From Ostreococcus lucimarinus (taxonomy: Eukaryota): a stretch of DNA of 64,000 nt. The position numbers were made by a program, and so were the translations under genes. The stretch is from the NCBI GenBank assembly GCA_000092065.1, contig CP000585.1; one strand, 5' to 3'. The notes under the pieces were generated by a model. It was not told the origin of the DNA. It did not search any database and was given only the letters and a program-made list of their open reading frames with translations. Shown here piece by piece: positions 9,138-19,580 of this stretch. The stretch's first letter is position 1; each line of letters starts with the position of its first letter.

Positions 9138-10571
9138 ATGCGTCGCGCGACGTCGACCGCGAGCGCGCGGCTGCTGGTTCTGACGTTCTTCGCGATCGCG
9201 TCGAGCGTCGCCGTCGCCGCCGCGGCGTCGTACGAGACGCGCTCGACGCGCGCGCCGCGACGCGCGTCCAGCTCGTCCCAGTCCGCCGCGCCGCGTTTCC
9301 GCGCCTACACGTGGGGAATCGGCGGCGAGCGCGTCGGGCGACCGTCCAACCCCTCGAGCTTGCCTCCCGCGCGCGTTGAATTGGACGAGAGCGCGGGAGA
9401 CGTCGTCGCGATCGCGGCGAGCGGACACACCGCCGTGGTCGTCGAGCGCGGGTGGTTGTACACCGCGGGGCGAAACGCGTCGAGCGGTGGTGGCGGTCGG
9501 GGATCGCCCCCGATCGAAGATAGCGGACAGCTCGGTCGCGGTGGTAGTTCGGGGGCGATGGAGCGCGTGATCGGGGCGCTGAGCGATGAGGTGGTCACGA
9601 GCGTGGCGTGCGGACGATATCACACCGTGGTGTCGACGGAGAGCGGCGCGGTGTATTCGTTCGGGTTGAACGACGCGGGGCAGCTCGGGACGGCTGGAGT
9701 GATGGGTAAATTACCGATAAATGGGGTGACGTGTGATAGCGGTGGGAACTGCGATGGGCTCGAGCGAGCGAGCAAGGTTGAGGCGAAGGAGGGCTCGTCG
9801 TGCTTCGGCGGCTCGTCGTGTAGAATCGGGACGCCGCGTCGCGTGCGGTTTTCGAGCCACACGGTGGAGGTTAGGAGCGTTGCCGCAGGCAGGTACTCGA
9901 GCGCGGCGATAGCGAGCGATGGGACTGTGTACGTGTGGGGATTGAATTCTTGCGGCGATAGCGAAATAGGCCGCGACGAGTTACTCGCCGACGCGAGCGT
10001 CGCGGCGGTTCCGCGAGTAGTCAACGGCATCACCGACGTGACGCAGGTAGATATCGGGTACACGAATATGATTTTTCTGACGAGCTCGGGACGAGTGGTG
10101 ACGTGCGACACCGGATTTACCGGGTATGCGCAAGTGCAAGCGAACGCGGATGTGAGCTTGCGGCAGCACATCACGTTTGCGGACGCGCCATCGACGCAGC
10201 GTGCCTTCGACGTCGCCGCTGGACGCTGTCACTACGTCGTTGCCACGGAAGGTGGCGGCCTGTACACGTGGGGCTGCGACGGTGCCTGGCTAGGCCGCGA
10301 CGGCGATCCACTCAAACCAGCTCAAGTCGGCGGCGACTTGGCGTCTCGCGCCGCCGTCTCAGTCGCCGCGGGCGAATACTTCACCCTCGTCGCCACCGTC
10401 GACGGCGAAGTGTATGGTATGGGTGCCGCCGGTAACGGTCAACTGGGCGTCCAAGCGTCGAACTCCGGGCACAACTCCCCCATCCGCGTGAACGTCGGCG
10501 ACGCCGTGGGCACCCTCGCCGTCGCCGCGGGATACCAACACTCGGTCGCCATCGTTCGGTCCTCCGACTAG
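9138..10571 (+). CDS. RCC1-repeat (beta-propeller) protein with an N-terminal signal-peptide-like segment
   Basis: There are at least six RCC1-type blades (YTWGIGGER..., GQLGRGGSSG, YSFGLNDAGQLGT, VYVWGLNSCGDSEIGRDE, LYTWGCDGAWLGRDGD, VYGMGAAGNGQLGVQ). The N-terminus is MRRATSTASARLLVLTFFAIASSVAVAAAAS. Confidence 0.8.
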   Translation: MRRATSTASARLLVLTFFAIASSVAVAAAASYETRSTRAPRRASSSSQSAAPRFRAYTWGIGGERVGRPSNPSSLPPARVELDESAGDVVAIAASGHTAVVVERGWLYTAGRNASSGGGGRGSPPIEDSGQLGRGGSSGAMERVIGALSDEVVTSVACGRYHTVVSTESGAVYSFGLNDAGQLGTAGVMGKLPINGVTCDSGGNCDGLERASKVEAKEGSSCFGGSSCRIGTPRRVRFSSHTVEVRSVAAGRYSSAAIASDGTVYVWGLNSCGDSEIGRDELLADASVAAVPRVVNGITDVTQVDIGYTNMIFLTSSGRVVTCDTGFTGYAQVQANADVSLRQHITFADAPSTQRAFDVAAGRCHYVVATEGGGLYTWGCDGAWLGRDGDPLKPAQVGGDLASRAAVSVAAGEYFTLVATVDGEVYGMGAAGNGQLGVQASNSGHNSPIRVNVGDAVGTLAVAAGYQHSVAIVRSSD

Positions 10572-10785
10572 CGGCGCTGTACATCACACTCCATTCATGA
10601 TTTCTTTACGTTTCCTCGCGTTTTACGCGTTTTCGCGCCCTTCGTCGCCCTTCGTCGTCGCCGTCGTTTCGGCGAACCACGACCGTTAATTAATTCCCGA
10701 GATACGCGCGCGCCATTCCGCGCCGCCCCGCGCGTGCGCGCCGCCTTCCCGCGCCCACGGGCGAAAACTGACGCACGCGGACGCG

Positions 10786-11100
10786 ATGAAGTCTCCGCCG
10801 AAGCTCCCGACGCTGCAGCGCGCGTCGACGAGCGCTAAAGTCCCGACTCTGGTCGTCTCGAATTCAAACGCCAAGCCGTTCGCGTATTACCTCTCCGAGG
10901 CGCAGACGATGCTGAAAACCCACGGCAAAGTGCGCCTGTCGGGCGTCGGGAACGCGACGCAGCACGCGCTGGTCGTGAGCGAGGTGCTGAGCGCGCGAGG
11001 GATCGGAAGGGTGACCGCGGTGCGCACGGGGACGGTGGCCAAGGAGGAACTCGCGGACGAGCACGCGGCCAAGATCGAAGTCACGATCAACGGCGCGTGA
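10786..11100 (+). CDS. Small Alba-like (Rpp25/Pop7-type) nucleic-acid-binding protein, 104 aa
   Basis: VVSNSNAKPFAYYLSEAQTMLKTHGKVRLSGVGNATQHALVVSEVLSARGIGRV follows the Alba-fold pattern. The assignment rests on motif resemblance only. Confidence 0.45.
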   Translation: MKSPPKLPTLQRASTSAKVPTLVVSNSNAKPFAYYLSEAQTMLKTHGKVRLSGVGNATQHALVVSEVLSARGIGRVTAVRTGTVAKEELADEHAAKIEVTINGA

Positions 11101-11172
11101 TCGCTCGCGCGGCACGCTGTACGCTAGCTAACTATTATGATGGTACAATACGATAAGATGTGGTGTATTCCG

Positions 11173-11739
11173 TCACGTCGACGCGCGCGGCGGAAACTCG
11201 CGAAGCGCGCGCCGCGGCGTCGGCGCCTTTGGATTCCCTCTGACGTAAAATTCCTGAAACATCTCGATCGCCTCGCGCTCGAACAACCCACCGCGAGCGT
11301 CGTACGGCTTCCCCACGCCTCCCGCCCCCCCGCACGCGCCGCATCCGCGCGCGTGCGCGTCGAGCACGGTGCCCGCGCCGCCGAATTTGTCGTTCGCGCA
11401 CCCGTACACCACCTCGCGCACGCCCAGCGCGCTCATCGCGCCCGCGCACATCACGCACGGCTCGCACGTCACGTACAGCGTGACGTCCTCGAATCGACAC
11501 GCCGCGCGATCGCCGCCGTGCGCGTCGAGGAGCGCGTCGACGGCCTCGAACTCCGCGTGTCGCGTTCCGTTGCGCGTTCGATTCGTCGCGTTGCGCCCGA
11601 CGGCGACGATCTCGCCGTCGCGCGCGAGCGCGCACCCGCACGGGACCTCCCACTCGTCCAGCGCGAGCCGCGCCTGCGCCAGGGCGACGCGCATGCGCGC
11701 GCGCTCGGCGTCGGTGAATTCGCGCGACGCGCGTCGCAT
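11173..11739 (-). CDS. TAD2: tRNA-specific adenosine deaminase (TadA/ADAT2-type CDA-fold zinc deaminase)
   Basis: The HAE...PCVMC zinc-binding signature (RHAEFEAVDALL...LYVTCEPCVMCAGAM). ATG at 11739. The longer 358-aa ORF upstream is a His/Arg-rich compositional extension. Confidence 0.75.
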   Translation of the reverse strand: MRRASREFTDAERARMRVALAQARLALDEWEVPCGCALARDGEIVAVGRNATNRTRNGTRHAEFEAVDALLDAHGGDRAACRFEDVTLYVTCEPCVMCAGAMSALGVREVVYGCANDKFGGAGTVLDAHARGCGACGGAGGVGKPYDARGGLFEREAIEMFQEFYVRGNPKAPTPRRALREFPPRAST

Positions 11740-11820
11740 CCGCGCGACGCGCGAAGTGGCGACACCGCGACGCGCGCGAGCCGACGCGCGCGCGCGAGCC
11801 GACGCGCGCGCGCGAGGACG

Positions 11821-12540
11821 ATGATGTATCACTACGTCGACCCGCAGGGGCGCGAGCAGGGGCCGTTCGCGTACGCGCACCTCGCGAAGTGGTTCAAGGC
11901 GGGGTACCTGCGACCAAACTTGGGATGTCGACGACAGGACGAGACGACGTACGCGCGCACGGTGACGCAGGCGCTGCTGGAGGACGGCGCGATGCACGGA
12001 GTGCCGGAACACATGCTCGGGGAGGTGGTGCGACCGACGACGGCGGCGCGGACGGGTGGGGGGGGGGCGACGACGGTGAACGTGCCGCCGCCGCCGGCGA
12101 CGACGGCGACGACGAGCGTCGGAAGGTCGGAGGAAGACGTCGCGGAGTGCATGGAACGTCTGATGATGGTGTTGGATCACGTGCTGGCGATCGTCCTCGA
12201 GGGAGGGCTGCGCGCGGAGTTCGGGGAGGTGTGGATGGATATGTTGCACACGCCGCCGCCGTGGACGCTGGAGACGACGCTGCGCGAGCTCAAGGCGAAT
12301 TGGGGGTCGTTGTTCTCCACGCAGCCGCGACGAATGCGAGAAATTGAGGTTTTGCTCGATGCGGCGATTCGACAGCGCAAGAATCAGCCCATCGCGGCCG
12401 GTGGGTTGGCAAGGGACGTTTCGAGCGCGGCGGTGGCGTTGTTAAACGCGTGCCCGAAGACGTTTCCGCCGGAAGTCATCGAACATCTCAGGGTGGCGTG
12501 GGAGGAGTGCGAGAAGATACGCGCGCACCTTCACGCGTGA
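11821..12540 (+). CDS. GYF-domain protein; the GYF domain sits at the extreme N-terminus
   Basis: MMYHYVDPQGREQGPFAYAHLAKWFKAGYLRPNL matches the GYF consensus. ATG at 11821. The upstream part of the 467-aa ORF is antisense to the deaminase gene and rejected. Confidence 0.6.
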   Translation: MMYHYVDPQGREQGPFAYAHLAKWFKAGYLRPNLGCRRQDETTYARTVTQALLEDGAMHGVPEHMLGEVVRPTTAARTGGGGATTVNVPPPPATTATTSVGRSEEDVAECMERLMMVLDHVLAIVLEGGLRAEFGEVWMDMLHTPPPWTLETTLRELKANWGSLFSTQPRRMREIEVLLDAAIRQRKNQPIAAGGLARDVSSAAVALLNACPKTFPPEVIEHLRVAWEECEKIRAHLHA

Positions 12541-12605
12541 GTCGCGACGCGCGTTCGATTCGTCGAGGACTAGATTGTGAAATACTCATTCGTTTCTAGA
12601 GAGTA

Positions 12606-13508
12606 CTACATCGTCGCGAGCTGCCGTCCTAGTCGCGCGCACCCTCGCTTGAGCGGAGACGCGATTCTATTTCTTCTAAAGCAAGCACCCCGCGTCGAGC
12701 GATGCATCGCCGTCGCTCTCGTCGCCGTCGCTGTGGTCGCTCCGCGCGCCGCCGAAGCTTGGACGTCGAGCGACGACGGTTTGTGAATACCGCAACGCTC
12801 GACGGTGATGCGCTGAAACGTCTCGCCCTCCTGCCTCGCGTCGCCGAGCTTTTGGAGAGCGTAAACGATATCGTACCCTTCGATGACCTGTCCGAACGCC
12901 ACGTGACGATTATCGAGCTGCGGCTTCGCGTCGAGCGTGAGCATGAACTGCGAGCCGTTGCGACCCGGCTCGCCGCCGCCGTCGTTGTGCATCGTCAACA
13001 CCCCTGGACCGCCGTGCTTGAGATTGAAATTTTCATCATCAAAGTACGCGCCGTAAATGCTCTGCCCCCCGGGCAACGCGTCCGGCAACAAGTTTGCGAA
13101 ATCGAAGAAATCCGGGTCCTCGGCGTTGTAAATCACCTCGTCCAGCTTCGTAAAGTCCCCGCCCACGATCCAATTCGACGGATACACCTTGAACATCGTC
13201 CCCGCGTAGCACCCATACTCGCACAATTGCGCGAAGTTCTTCGCCGTGATCGGGGCGACGTCTTCCTTGACCTCGAACACCACCCTCCCGAGGTAGTAGC
13301 CGCCCGCGCGCAGCTCGAGGAAGCACTGCGGATTGGCGTCGTTGATCGCGTACGGCGGCGCGTACGGCACGGGCACGATCTTCAGCGGTTCCGCGCGGCT
13401 CACTCGGGTCTCCCACTTCACCGCGTAGACGCCGCCGGGGGCGAGCGGGAGGATGGATGGGATGTCTTTCTTCTCGGCGTCGTCGGGGACGTCGTCGGGC
13501 GTCGACAT
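12606..13508 (-). CDS. Divergent cyclophilin-type peptidyl-prolyl cis-trans isomerase
   Basis: A cyclophilin-like domain (VFEVKEDVAPITAKNFAQLCE...GGDFTKLD...QFMLTLDAKPQLDNRHVAFGQVIEGYDIVYAL). ATG at 13508. The upstream 73 codons are Arg-rich and unlikely to be coding. Confidence 0.75.
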   Translation of the reverse strand: MSTPDDVPDDAEKKDIPSILPLAPGGVYAVKWETRVSRAEPLKIVPVPYAPPYAINDANPQCFLELRAGGYYLGRVVFEVKEDVAPITAKNFAQLCEYGCYAGTMFKVYPSNWIVGGDFTKLDEVIYNAEDPDFFDFANLLPDALPGGQSIYGAYFDDENFNLKHGGPGVLTMHNDGGGEPGRNGSQFMLTLDAKPQLDNRHVAFGQVIEGYDIVYALQKLGDARQEGETFQRITVERCGIHKPSSLDVQASAARGATTATATRATAMHRSTRGACFRRNRIASPLKRGCARLGRQLATM

Positions 13509-13781
13509 GGCGCGGGCGACGCGACGCGCGCGATCGGAGCGTCGCGAGGAAGGCGCTCGACGCGCGGGGTGGGCGCGCGTGGATGAACGCGGTGTGAGGA
13601 CGACGCGCGGGGCGGTGTGACGAGGAGTCGCAAAGATTACGTGGATAGCGCCGCCGGCGGACGGCGCCGAACGCGAAGGGCGCGAGAGGATCGTTGTTAT
13701 TTCGATGCAAAGAATTCGTTCAATCAATCGTGCTAGTCGATACTAATCATCATCGTCGTCTTTGAAGCGCTCGCCTCGCGC

Positions 13782-15434
13782 TCAGCGCAAGTCCACGCTC
13801 GACGCGTTCGGGATGCAGTGGGTGTGTAAAATTTCCTTCGTGGATTTTTTCGCCGCCTTGGTCTCGAGCACGATTTGTATCGATTGATCGAGCTCGATTT
13901 TCAAGTACTCGTGCTTGCAGCCTTCGACGATTTTCACGAGTTCGCGCAAGTTTCTCACGGATTTACCGTTCACGCCGCACACGACGACGTTGACGATGTC
14001 TTCATAGCCAATGTTGATGTCCGAGTTGAGCACTTGACTCACGACGACGACTTGATCGTCTGGCTTCTCCTTGTGCCCGTGCATCATCTTCGTCAGTAAA
14101 CGCAGCGGAGCGTCGTAATCGTAATCTTTACCGTATTCCGATCGCAAGTACGGCACACACACCACGGTGAAGACGATGCCCGCGCAAATGTAATACGACG
14201 GAGGCTTGCCCTCGATGTGCACCGGAACGAGGCGGTCGTGCGGCGTCAACGAAATGTCGAAATTCATCATCTTGCCATCGCGTAGGACGGTGACCGCAGC
14301 ACTATCGCCGACGTACTTGCGAGAGACTAAATAAGAAAAGTTAATGCGCTCGCCCGTTCTAAAAACCACGGTGCCGTCGGAAGCGACGTCGACGCCGTCG
14401 AATTTCATCAACACATCGCCGCGTTTCAACACCTTGGCAGCCGGCGCGAGAGGCGATAGACGTCGAAGCAAGACGCCGTTGTGCGCGGGTTTCATCCCGA
14501 GACTCTTCCGAAGCGATGGGTTCTCCAAGCGCTGGAACTCGCACTGCAGCGCCGGGAAACCGTTGTACACGCCCGTCCTCTTGAAGTCGCTAATAAAATG
14601 GTCGACGACGGGCGTCGGTATGATGTAGCCGATTCCTTCGGTGTCCGAGTCCTTGAGCGATTGAAACGCCACACCCACGCACTGCCCTTCGCGCCCGAAC
14701 GCCGGACCCCCGCTGTTGCCAGAATTGATAGCCGCGTCGATTTGCACCCCCAAAAGCTCCGTCGCGCCGTGCGAATACGACGTCACCTCTATCCGACTAA
14801 CCACCCCACTCGTGACGCTAATCGCGATCCCACCCACCGGATACCCAACCACAGTGACGCTGTCTTGCAAGCGAGGCAACACGCCGAACTTCACCGGCGC
14901 CACGCCCTCGAAAAACTCCTTCTCCTCCACCGTCAACAGCGCCAAGTCGCACTCCACGCCGATGGTCAACACCTTGGCCACGTACTTTTTATCGCTCCCG
15001 CGCTTCTTCAGCTTCACCTGCGTGTGATGTTCCACGCTGTGCGCGTTCGTCAGCACCATATTCCCCTCTATGACGAACCCCGTGCTCGTGCTCGAGCTCT
15101 GTCGCTTTCGCTGCCACGGCAGGCTCCAGTTCGGCTCGGTGTGCGTCGCGAACACCTTCACCACCGCGTCCAGCGGGTACTGCGGCGCGTCCTCGTCGTC
15201 GCTCGCCCATCCATCGACGTCCCCAAAGTAATCCACCGCGTCCTCCGACGACCGTCCGCTCGCCGGCGCCTCCGTCGCGTCCGTCTCGTCGTCCTCGTCC
15301 GCGTCTCGCGCGCCGCCTCGCCTTCGTCGCGTCGTCTCCTCCTTCACCGGCGTCTCCCCTCGCGCGCGCTTCGACGCGCGCGCCGGCGCCTTCGTCGCGC
15401 GCGTCTTTCCCGCGCGCTTCGTCGCGCGCGTCAT
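13782..15434 (-). CDS. DEG: DegP/HtrA-family serine protease (Deg9/Deg2-like) with a protease domain plus a PDZ-type C-terminal region
   Basis: [17 protein letters not shown]...DLALLTV...[15 protein letters not shown] gives the His/Asp/Ser triad context, with a long conserved C-terminal domain. The internal ATG at 15434 ([10 protein letters not shown]...) precedes a Lys-rich linker. The upstream 290 codons are Arg/Ser-rich and doubtful. Confidence 0.8.
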   Translation of the reverse strand: MTRATKRAGKTRATKAPARASKRARGETPVKEETTRRRRGGARDADEDDETDATEAPASGRSSEDAVDYFGDVDGWASDDEDAPQYPLDAVVKVFATHTEPNWSLPWQRKRQSSSTSTGFVIEGNMVLTNAHSVEHHTQVKLKKRGSDKKYVAKVLTIGVECDLALLTVEEKEFFEGVAPVKFGVLPRLQDSVTVVGYPVGGIAISVTSGVVSRIEVTSYSHGATELLGVQIDAAINSGNSGGPAFGREGQCVGVAFQSLKDSDTEGIGYIIPTPVVDHFISDFKRTGVYNGFPALQCEFQRLENPSLRKSLGMKPAHNGVLLRRLSPLAPAAKVLKRGDVLMKFDGVDVASDGTVVFRTGERINFSYLVSRKYVGDSAAVTVLRDGKMMNFDISLTPHDRLVPVHIEGKPPSYYICAGIVFTVVCVPYLRSEYGKDYDYDAPLRLLTKMMHGHKEKPDDQVVVVSQVLNSDINIGYEDIVNVVVCGVNGKSVRNLRELVKIVEGCKHEYLKIELDQSIQIVLETKAAKKSTKEILHTHCIPNASSVDLR

Positions 15435-15578
15435 CGCGCGTCGCGTCGTGCGTCGCGCCGCGCCGGCGATCGTCGCGCGGCGTCGAGACGCCGCGCGCGA
15501 CGCACACACGGACCACACCACACCCGCGCCGCCCCGCCCGCGCGCCGCGCCCGCCCGCGCGCGTCGCACGACGCCGCG
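15435..15578. promoter_or_regulatory. 144-bp bidirectional promoter between the Deg protease (-) and the PAH-domain gene (+)
   Basis: Head-to-head ATGs at 15434 and 15579. Confidence 0.4.
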
Positions 15579-16272
15579 ATGGCGCTCGCGACGGCGCCGC
15601 CCGCGGGCAACGTCGCCGACGCGCTCGCGTACGTCCGCGAGGTCCGCGATCGGTTCGCGCGACAGACGGGAAAGTATCGCGAGTTCCTCGCCGCGATGCG
15701 CGACTTTAAGACTGGAACGTGCGTCGCGACGTCGCGCGACGCGACGCGACGCGACGCGACCGACGCGCGATGACGCGCGAGCGACGAACGACTGACGACG
15801 ACGACGACGGCGACGCAGGCTCACGCCCGAGGGCGTGATCGAGCGCGTGCGACGGTGCCTGCGAGGACACGACGATTTGCTCGACGGCTTTCGAGCGTTT
15901 CTGCCCGAGGTGCGGGACGCGCGAGACGAGACGGACGCGAGACGAGACGGAGACGGAGACGACGCGAAAACGACGACGATGGCGCGAGACGACGAAGGCG
16001 CGGTGACTGACGGTGACGCGCGACGCGCGGGTCGGGGCGCAGGGATACTCGACGGCGACGGCGACGGCGAGCGGGACGCGCGCGCGCGGACGACCGGCGA
16101 CGGCGAGCGGGCGCGGAAGACCGAGAAAGGCGCCGAGCGCGCGGGAGGTGGCGATGAAGCGCGAATGCGAGGTGCGCGGGCGACGGCGACGCGCGCGCGA
16201 CGCGCGCGCGGCGGCGAACGCGACGCCGATCGACGCGGGGAAAAGTCGGCTGGGGTCGGAGGGACTCTTTGA
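15579..16272 (+). CDS. PAH (paired amphipathic helix, Sin3-type) domain protein, two exons. Exon 1 is 15579..15718, intron 15719..15818, exon 2 15819..16272; an acidic/Gly-Arg low-complexity tail follows.
   Basis: Exon 1 gives [46 protein letters not shown] and exon 2 continues (T)[30 protein letters not shown]. Together they reconstruct one PAH domain collinear with Sin3 PAH1. The intron is bounded by GTGCGT...CAG, is 100 nt long, and is in phase 2. Confidence 0.65.
15719..15818 (+). other. Spliceosomal intron, 100 nt (GTGCGT...CAG), splitting the PAH domain
   Basis: Only this splice restores the conserved PAH half-motifs FKxG / TPEGVIxRVxxLxxGHxDLLxGFxxFLP in a single frame. Confidence 0.7.
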
Positions 16273-16348
16273 CGAGTCACGACCCGTCGATCGTTTGAAA
16301 CCACAGCCGTCCGACCGACCGACCTGATCCGACGGCGCGAACCGGCGG

Positions 16349-17563
16349 TTGGGGTCGCGCGGGCGACGCGCGCGGGACGGCGACGGTTTCGTTCGGTTCG
16401 CGAACGCGCGGAAGACGATCGAGCGCGTGACTGACTGTGTGCGCGAACGCGCGCGTGATAAGGCGACGCAGGAAACGGATGAGAATCGAAGCGCGACGTT
16501 ACTGAGCGGACAAGATTTGCTCAAGCGCATTCGCGCGCAGTACGCGTCGGACGACCGTCCGTATCAGGCGTTTTTACAGACGTTGATTAAGTTTAGGAAC
16601 AAGCAGTTCAGCGCGGAAGAGGTGGTGCAGAAGTGTGCGATATTGTTTTATGATCATCCGCAGTTATTGGAGGGTGAAAATGGGTTGGCCACCTTTGTGC
16701 CGAAGACGTGCAAGCCGCCGACGCGGTCGTCGTGGTTCGAGTGGAGTCCGGCGGTGCATCATCGCTTCAGCAGCGAGAGCTTTCGATTGTTCGTGCGCAC
16801 GTTGTTATTGTGTGAGTATAAAAGTCGCTTAACGCCGCCGGAGCCGAAGATGCGGCGTTGGCGTCTGACGGATGGCGACAGTAGCGAGTCGGATAGCGAC
16901 GACTACACGTCGTCGGACGAGAGCGAAAGCGAGAGTTCGACGGTGATAGAAAAAGAGTCTGGCACGCTTCGACCGGATCAAATTCCCGATCGATGGGTGG
17001 GTAAAATACACGACCGAACGTTGAGCGCGTTCGAGCGCCTGACTTTAGAGCTCAAACCGAAAGACGAAGAGTATTGCTGGGCCGACACCAAGGCGGCGCG
17101 CGAAGCCAAGGAGAGCAAGGACGCGATCGAACTTCGGGGCAAGCGCGGTCGCGGCGAAGAGCGAGATTTCACGACGACGCCTCGAGATTCACCATCACCG
17201 CCGCCGTCGTTTAATAAACGGCGCGCGAGCGCTCGCATCGTGGCCAAGGTGAACCGAGGCATCGTGTACAACCGCTATCGCAGCTTGGCGTCCCCCGACG
17301 GTCTCTCGCGCGGTCGCATGCGCATGACGCGATCGATGAGCACGGTGGACGACACCTTGCCCGCCAAACCAGATCGCAAGTTCTTGATCAATCGTGACGA
17401 AGGCAAGATGTCCCCGCTGTGCGCCGAGCGCATCGGATTACACTCCCTGCCCGCCGTCGCGCTCGAGAAAATCATCGCGTGCTACAGCGCGCAAGAGGGC
17501 GTCGCCGAGCTCAATCAAATTCGCGAGTCTCTGATCAAATCGCTCATAAAAAATAATAGGTAA
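16349..17563 (+). CDS. Second PAH-domain protein, possibly a downstream part of the same Sin3-like gene joined by an undetected intron. The PAH domain lies at ~16490-16720, with a Ser/acidic-rich C-terminal region.
   Basis: [63 protein letters not shown] fits the PAH consensus. I did not recognise the rest of the protein. Confidence 0.55.
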   Translation: MGSRGRRARDGDGFVRFANARKTIERVTDCVRERARDKATQETDENRSATLLSGQDLLKRIRAQYASDDRPYQAFLQTLIKFRNKQFSAEEVVQKCAILFYDHPQLLEGENGLATFVPKTCKPPTRSSWFEWSPAVHHRFSSESFRLFVRTLLLCEYKSRLTPPEPKMRRWRLTDGDSSESDSDDYTSSDESESESSTVIEKESGTLRPDQIPDRWVGKIHDRTLSAFERLTLELKPKDEEYCWADTKAAREAKESKDAIELRGKRGRGEERDFTTTPRDSPSPPPSFNKRRASARIVAKVNRGIVYNRYRSLASPDGLSRGRMRMTRSMSTVDDTLPAKPDRKFLINRDEGKMSPLCAERIGLHSLPAVALEKIIACYSAQEGVAELNQIRESLIKSLIKNNR

Positions 17564-17780
17564 CGAAGCACGCGCGCGCGCCGCCGCACGGCGCGCGATC
17601 GATGTAAAGGCTATCATACATGTGGCATTAAACTCGTCCGAGCGCGTCAAGACCTACCTCCGCGATCCGCCCTCGCGCGCGCGATCCCCGCGCGCGCGTC
17701 TCCCCTTCCCCGCGTCTCGCCGCGCGCGCGCGCCTCGGCGCGAAAACGCGTCTCTACCGATCCTTCGCGCCGTCGCGCGC

Positions 17781-17951
17781 TCAGTGCCCGCCCGGATTCA
17801 CAAACTTGCTCGCCTTTTTGTCCGCCTCCGTGATTCCCATCGTCGCGTAGACCACCGCCACGCCGACGGCGCCGATGCCGGTGAAGAACGGCCACGCCTT
17901 GGGGATCTCGCGCGTGAGCGCCGACAGAAAGCTCGTGTTCGCGTGCGGCAT
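17781..17951 (-). CDS. Small single-TM protein (56 aa from the ATG at 17951); function unknown, possibly a small organellar membrane-complex subunit
   Basis: MPHANTSFLSALTREIPKAWPFFTGIGAVGVAVVYATMGITEADKKASKFVNPGGH. One hydrophobic helix, with AT-richer flanks. Confidence 0.3.
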   Translation of the reverse strand: MPHANTSFLSALTREIPKAWPFFTGIGAVGVAVVYATMGITEADKKASKFVNPGGH

Positions 17952-18055
17952 CGGTGCGGCGCGCGGATTCGTGAGGCGTGCGCGAGGTCGAGGACGCGCG
18001 ACGGTGTCTGCGGTCTTCACATCGCGACGCGACGCGAACGCGCGACGCCGACGCC

Positions 18056-18667
18056 ATGACGAGCGACGACGCGCGCGCGTACGATCACCTGGTGAAAATC
18101 CTCCTCGTCGGCGACTCCGGGGTCGGGAAGTCGTCGCTGCTCGCGCGATTCATCAGCGATTCGTTCGACGAGCAGGGCCCGACGGTGGGCGTGGACTTTA
18201 AACTGAAACACGTCGACGTCGACGGGACGAGGCTGAAGCTCACGGTGTGGGACACCGCGGGACAGGAACGGTTTCGAACGCTGACGAGCTCGTATTACAG
18301 AGGCGCGCACGGGGTCGTGTTCGTGTACGACGTGACGTCGAGGGAAAGCTTTGAGAACGCGCGCGAGACGTGGCGAAAGGAGGTGGAGATGTACGGAACG
18401 ATCGCGAATTCGGTGAAGATTGTGATTGGAAATAAGATCGATAGGGAAGATGAACGAACGGTGGCGCGGAAGGAGGGCGTGGCGTTCGCGAAGGAGTATG
18501 GGTGCTTGTTTCTGGAGTGCAGCGCGAAGACCAAGGTGCGCGTGGCGGAGGCGTTCGACGAGTTGGTCAAGGGGATTTTGGACGCGCCGGGGTTGTTGGT
18601 GGACGAAGTCGACGATGGGGTGAAACTCGGCGCGTATGCCGATCGCGCGGGCGGTGGGTGCTGCTGA
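18056..18667 (+). CDS. RAB18: Rab family small GTPase, Rab18-like
   Basis: P-loop GDSGVGKSS, effector/switch TVGVDF, WDTAGQERFRTLTSSYYRGAHGVVFVYDVT, GNKID, ECSAKT, and a C-terminal GGGCC prenylation motif. ATG at 18056. Confidence 0.9.
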   Translation: MTSDDARAYDHLVKILLVGDSGVGKSSLLARFISDSFDEQGPTVGVDFKLKHVDVDGTRLKLTVWDTAGQERFRTLTSSYYRGAHGVVFVYDVTSRESFENARETWRKEVEMYGTIANSVKIVIGNKIDREDERTVARKEGVAFAKEYGCLFLECSAKTKVRVAEAFDELVKGILDAPGLLVDEVDDGVKLGAYADRAGGGCC

Positions 18668-18859
18668 AGAACGCGAGCGGTACCGCGCCGTCGCGGGCGA
18701 GGAAGGAAATGAAACTCGCCGCGACGCATGTTGTAATCTAGAGATAGTATTGAAAGATCTTCAAAAAGCTACAGGCGCGCTCTCGGATCGGTCGAGACAT
18801 GGTTCGTCGCCTCGACGTGTCGCGAGCGCATTTTTACGTGTACAAACATCGACTCGCAT
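18668..18859. terminator. Convergent 3'-end region (Rab18 + / OSCP -) with TGTAA motifs at ~18731 and 18838
   Basis: An AT-richer island containing gcatgttgtaatctagagatagtattgaaagatcttcaaaaag and gtgtacaaacatcg. Confidence 0.35.
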
Positions 18860-19535
18860 CTAGAGTGGCGCGGCGATGACTGCCTCATACTTCTTAACCG
18901 TCGTCATCAACGAGAGATCGAAGAACTTTTCGCCGATGCTCGCCGTCAAACCACCGATCAATCGAGGGTCAACCACGGCCTCGATCTTCAGCGTCGAGCC
19001 CGATGGGGCGTGGCCCTTGATGGATTCCGTAACCTTGGTGAGCTGCGCCGGGGTGAGCGCCTGCGCCGTCGTGATGACGCACTTCACCTCGTTACGGGAA
19101 GCCATGCATTGCTCTTCGAAGCGAAGCGAAATCTTGTGCAACTCCTTCAGCCGTCCGTACTCCGCCATCGTGGCGACGAAGTTGCTCGTGATCGGCGTAA
19201 ACTTCGCGCCCGCGCAAAATTCCTTGACGCCCGCCAACTTCTTGCTCTTCGCCATCGACGGATCCATCAGAAACTGCTTAAACTTGAGATCTTTCTCGAC
19301 CAAAGCCGTGAGCTACATCGATGAAATCACGCGCGCGTCGATCGTCGTCAGTCACTCGTCCTCGTCTCGCCGTCGTCGTTCCGTCCCCTCTCTCTCGCGC
19401 GCGTCGCTCGTCTCGCGCTTTCAAACTCACCTGCGCCACTTCACTCTCAACCGCGGCCAAAGACCCAGCCTTCGTCGCCGCGACGTACAACGCCGTGGCG
19501 TACCGTCCGCTCGTCCCGAATTGTTGCAAAGGCGC
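18860..19535 (-). CDS. ATP5O: Mitochondrial ATP synthase OSCP (subunit O / delta-like), multi-exon. Exon 3 is 18860..19312 and exon 2 is 19431..19535. A tentative exon 1 (19847..19894) carries the Met and an MLRRLARCATARSTLE presequence.
   Basis: Exon 2 gives APLQQFGTSGRYATALYVAATKAGSLAAVESEVAQ and exon 3 gives LTALVEKDLKFKQFLMDP...LKIEAVVDPRLIGGLTASIGEKFFDLSLMTTVKK. Together they are collinear with OSCP (YGIEGRYATALYSAASK...LEQVEKEL...IGGM.VRIGEKYVDMS). The intron between them has a perfect CAG|GTGAGT donor and a TAG acceptor. Confidence 0.8.
19313..19430 (-). other. Spliceosomal intron, 118 nt, in the OSCP gene (GTGAGT...TAG)
   Basis: On the minus strand the donor reads cag|gtgagt at 19433-19425 and the acceptor reads gatgtag|CTCACG at 19319-19307. 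Both flanking exons are in phase 0. Confidence 0.75.
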
Positions 19536-19580
19536 CTGCGTCGTTCCGCCCGCGTCCCAAAGTCAGTCCCCGCGCCCGAT

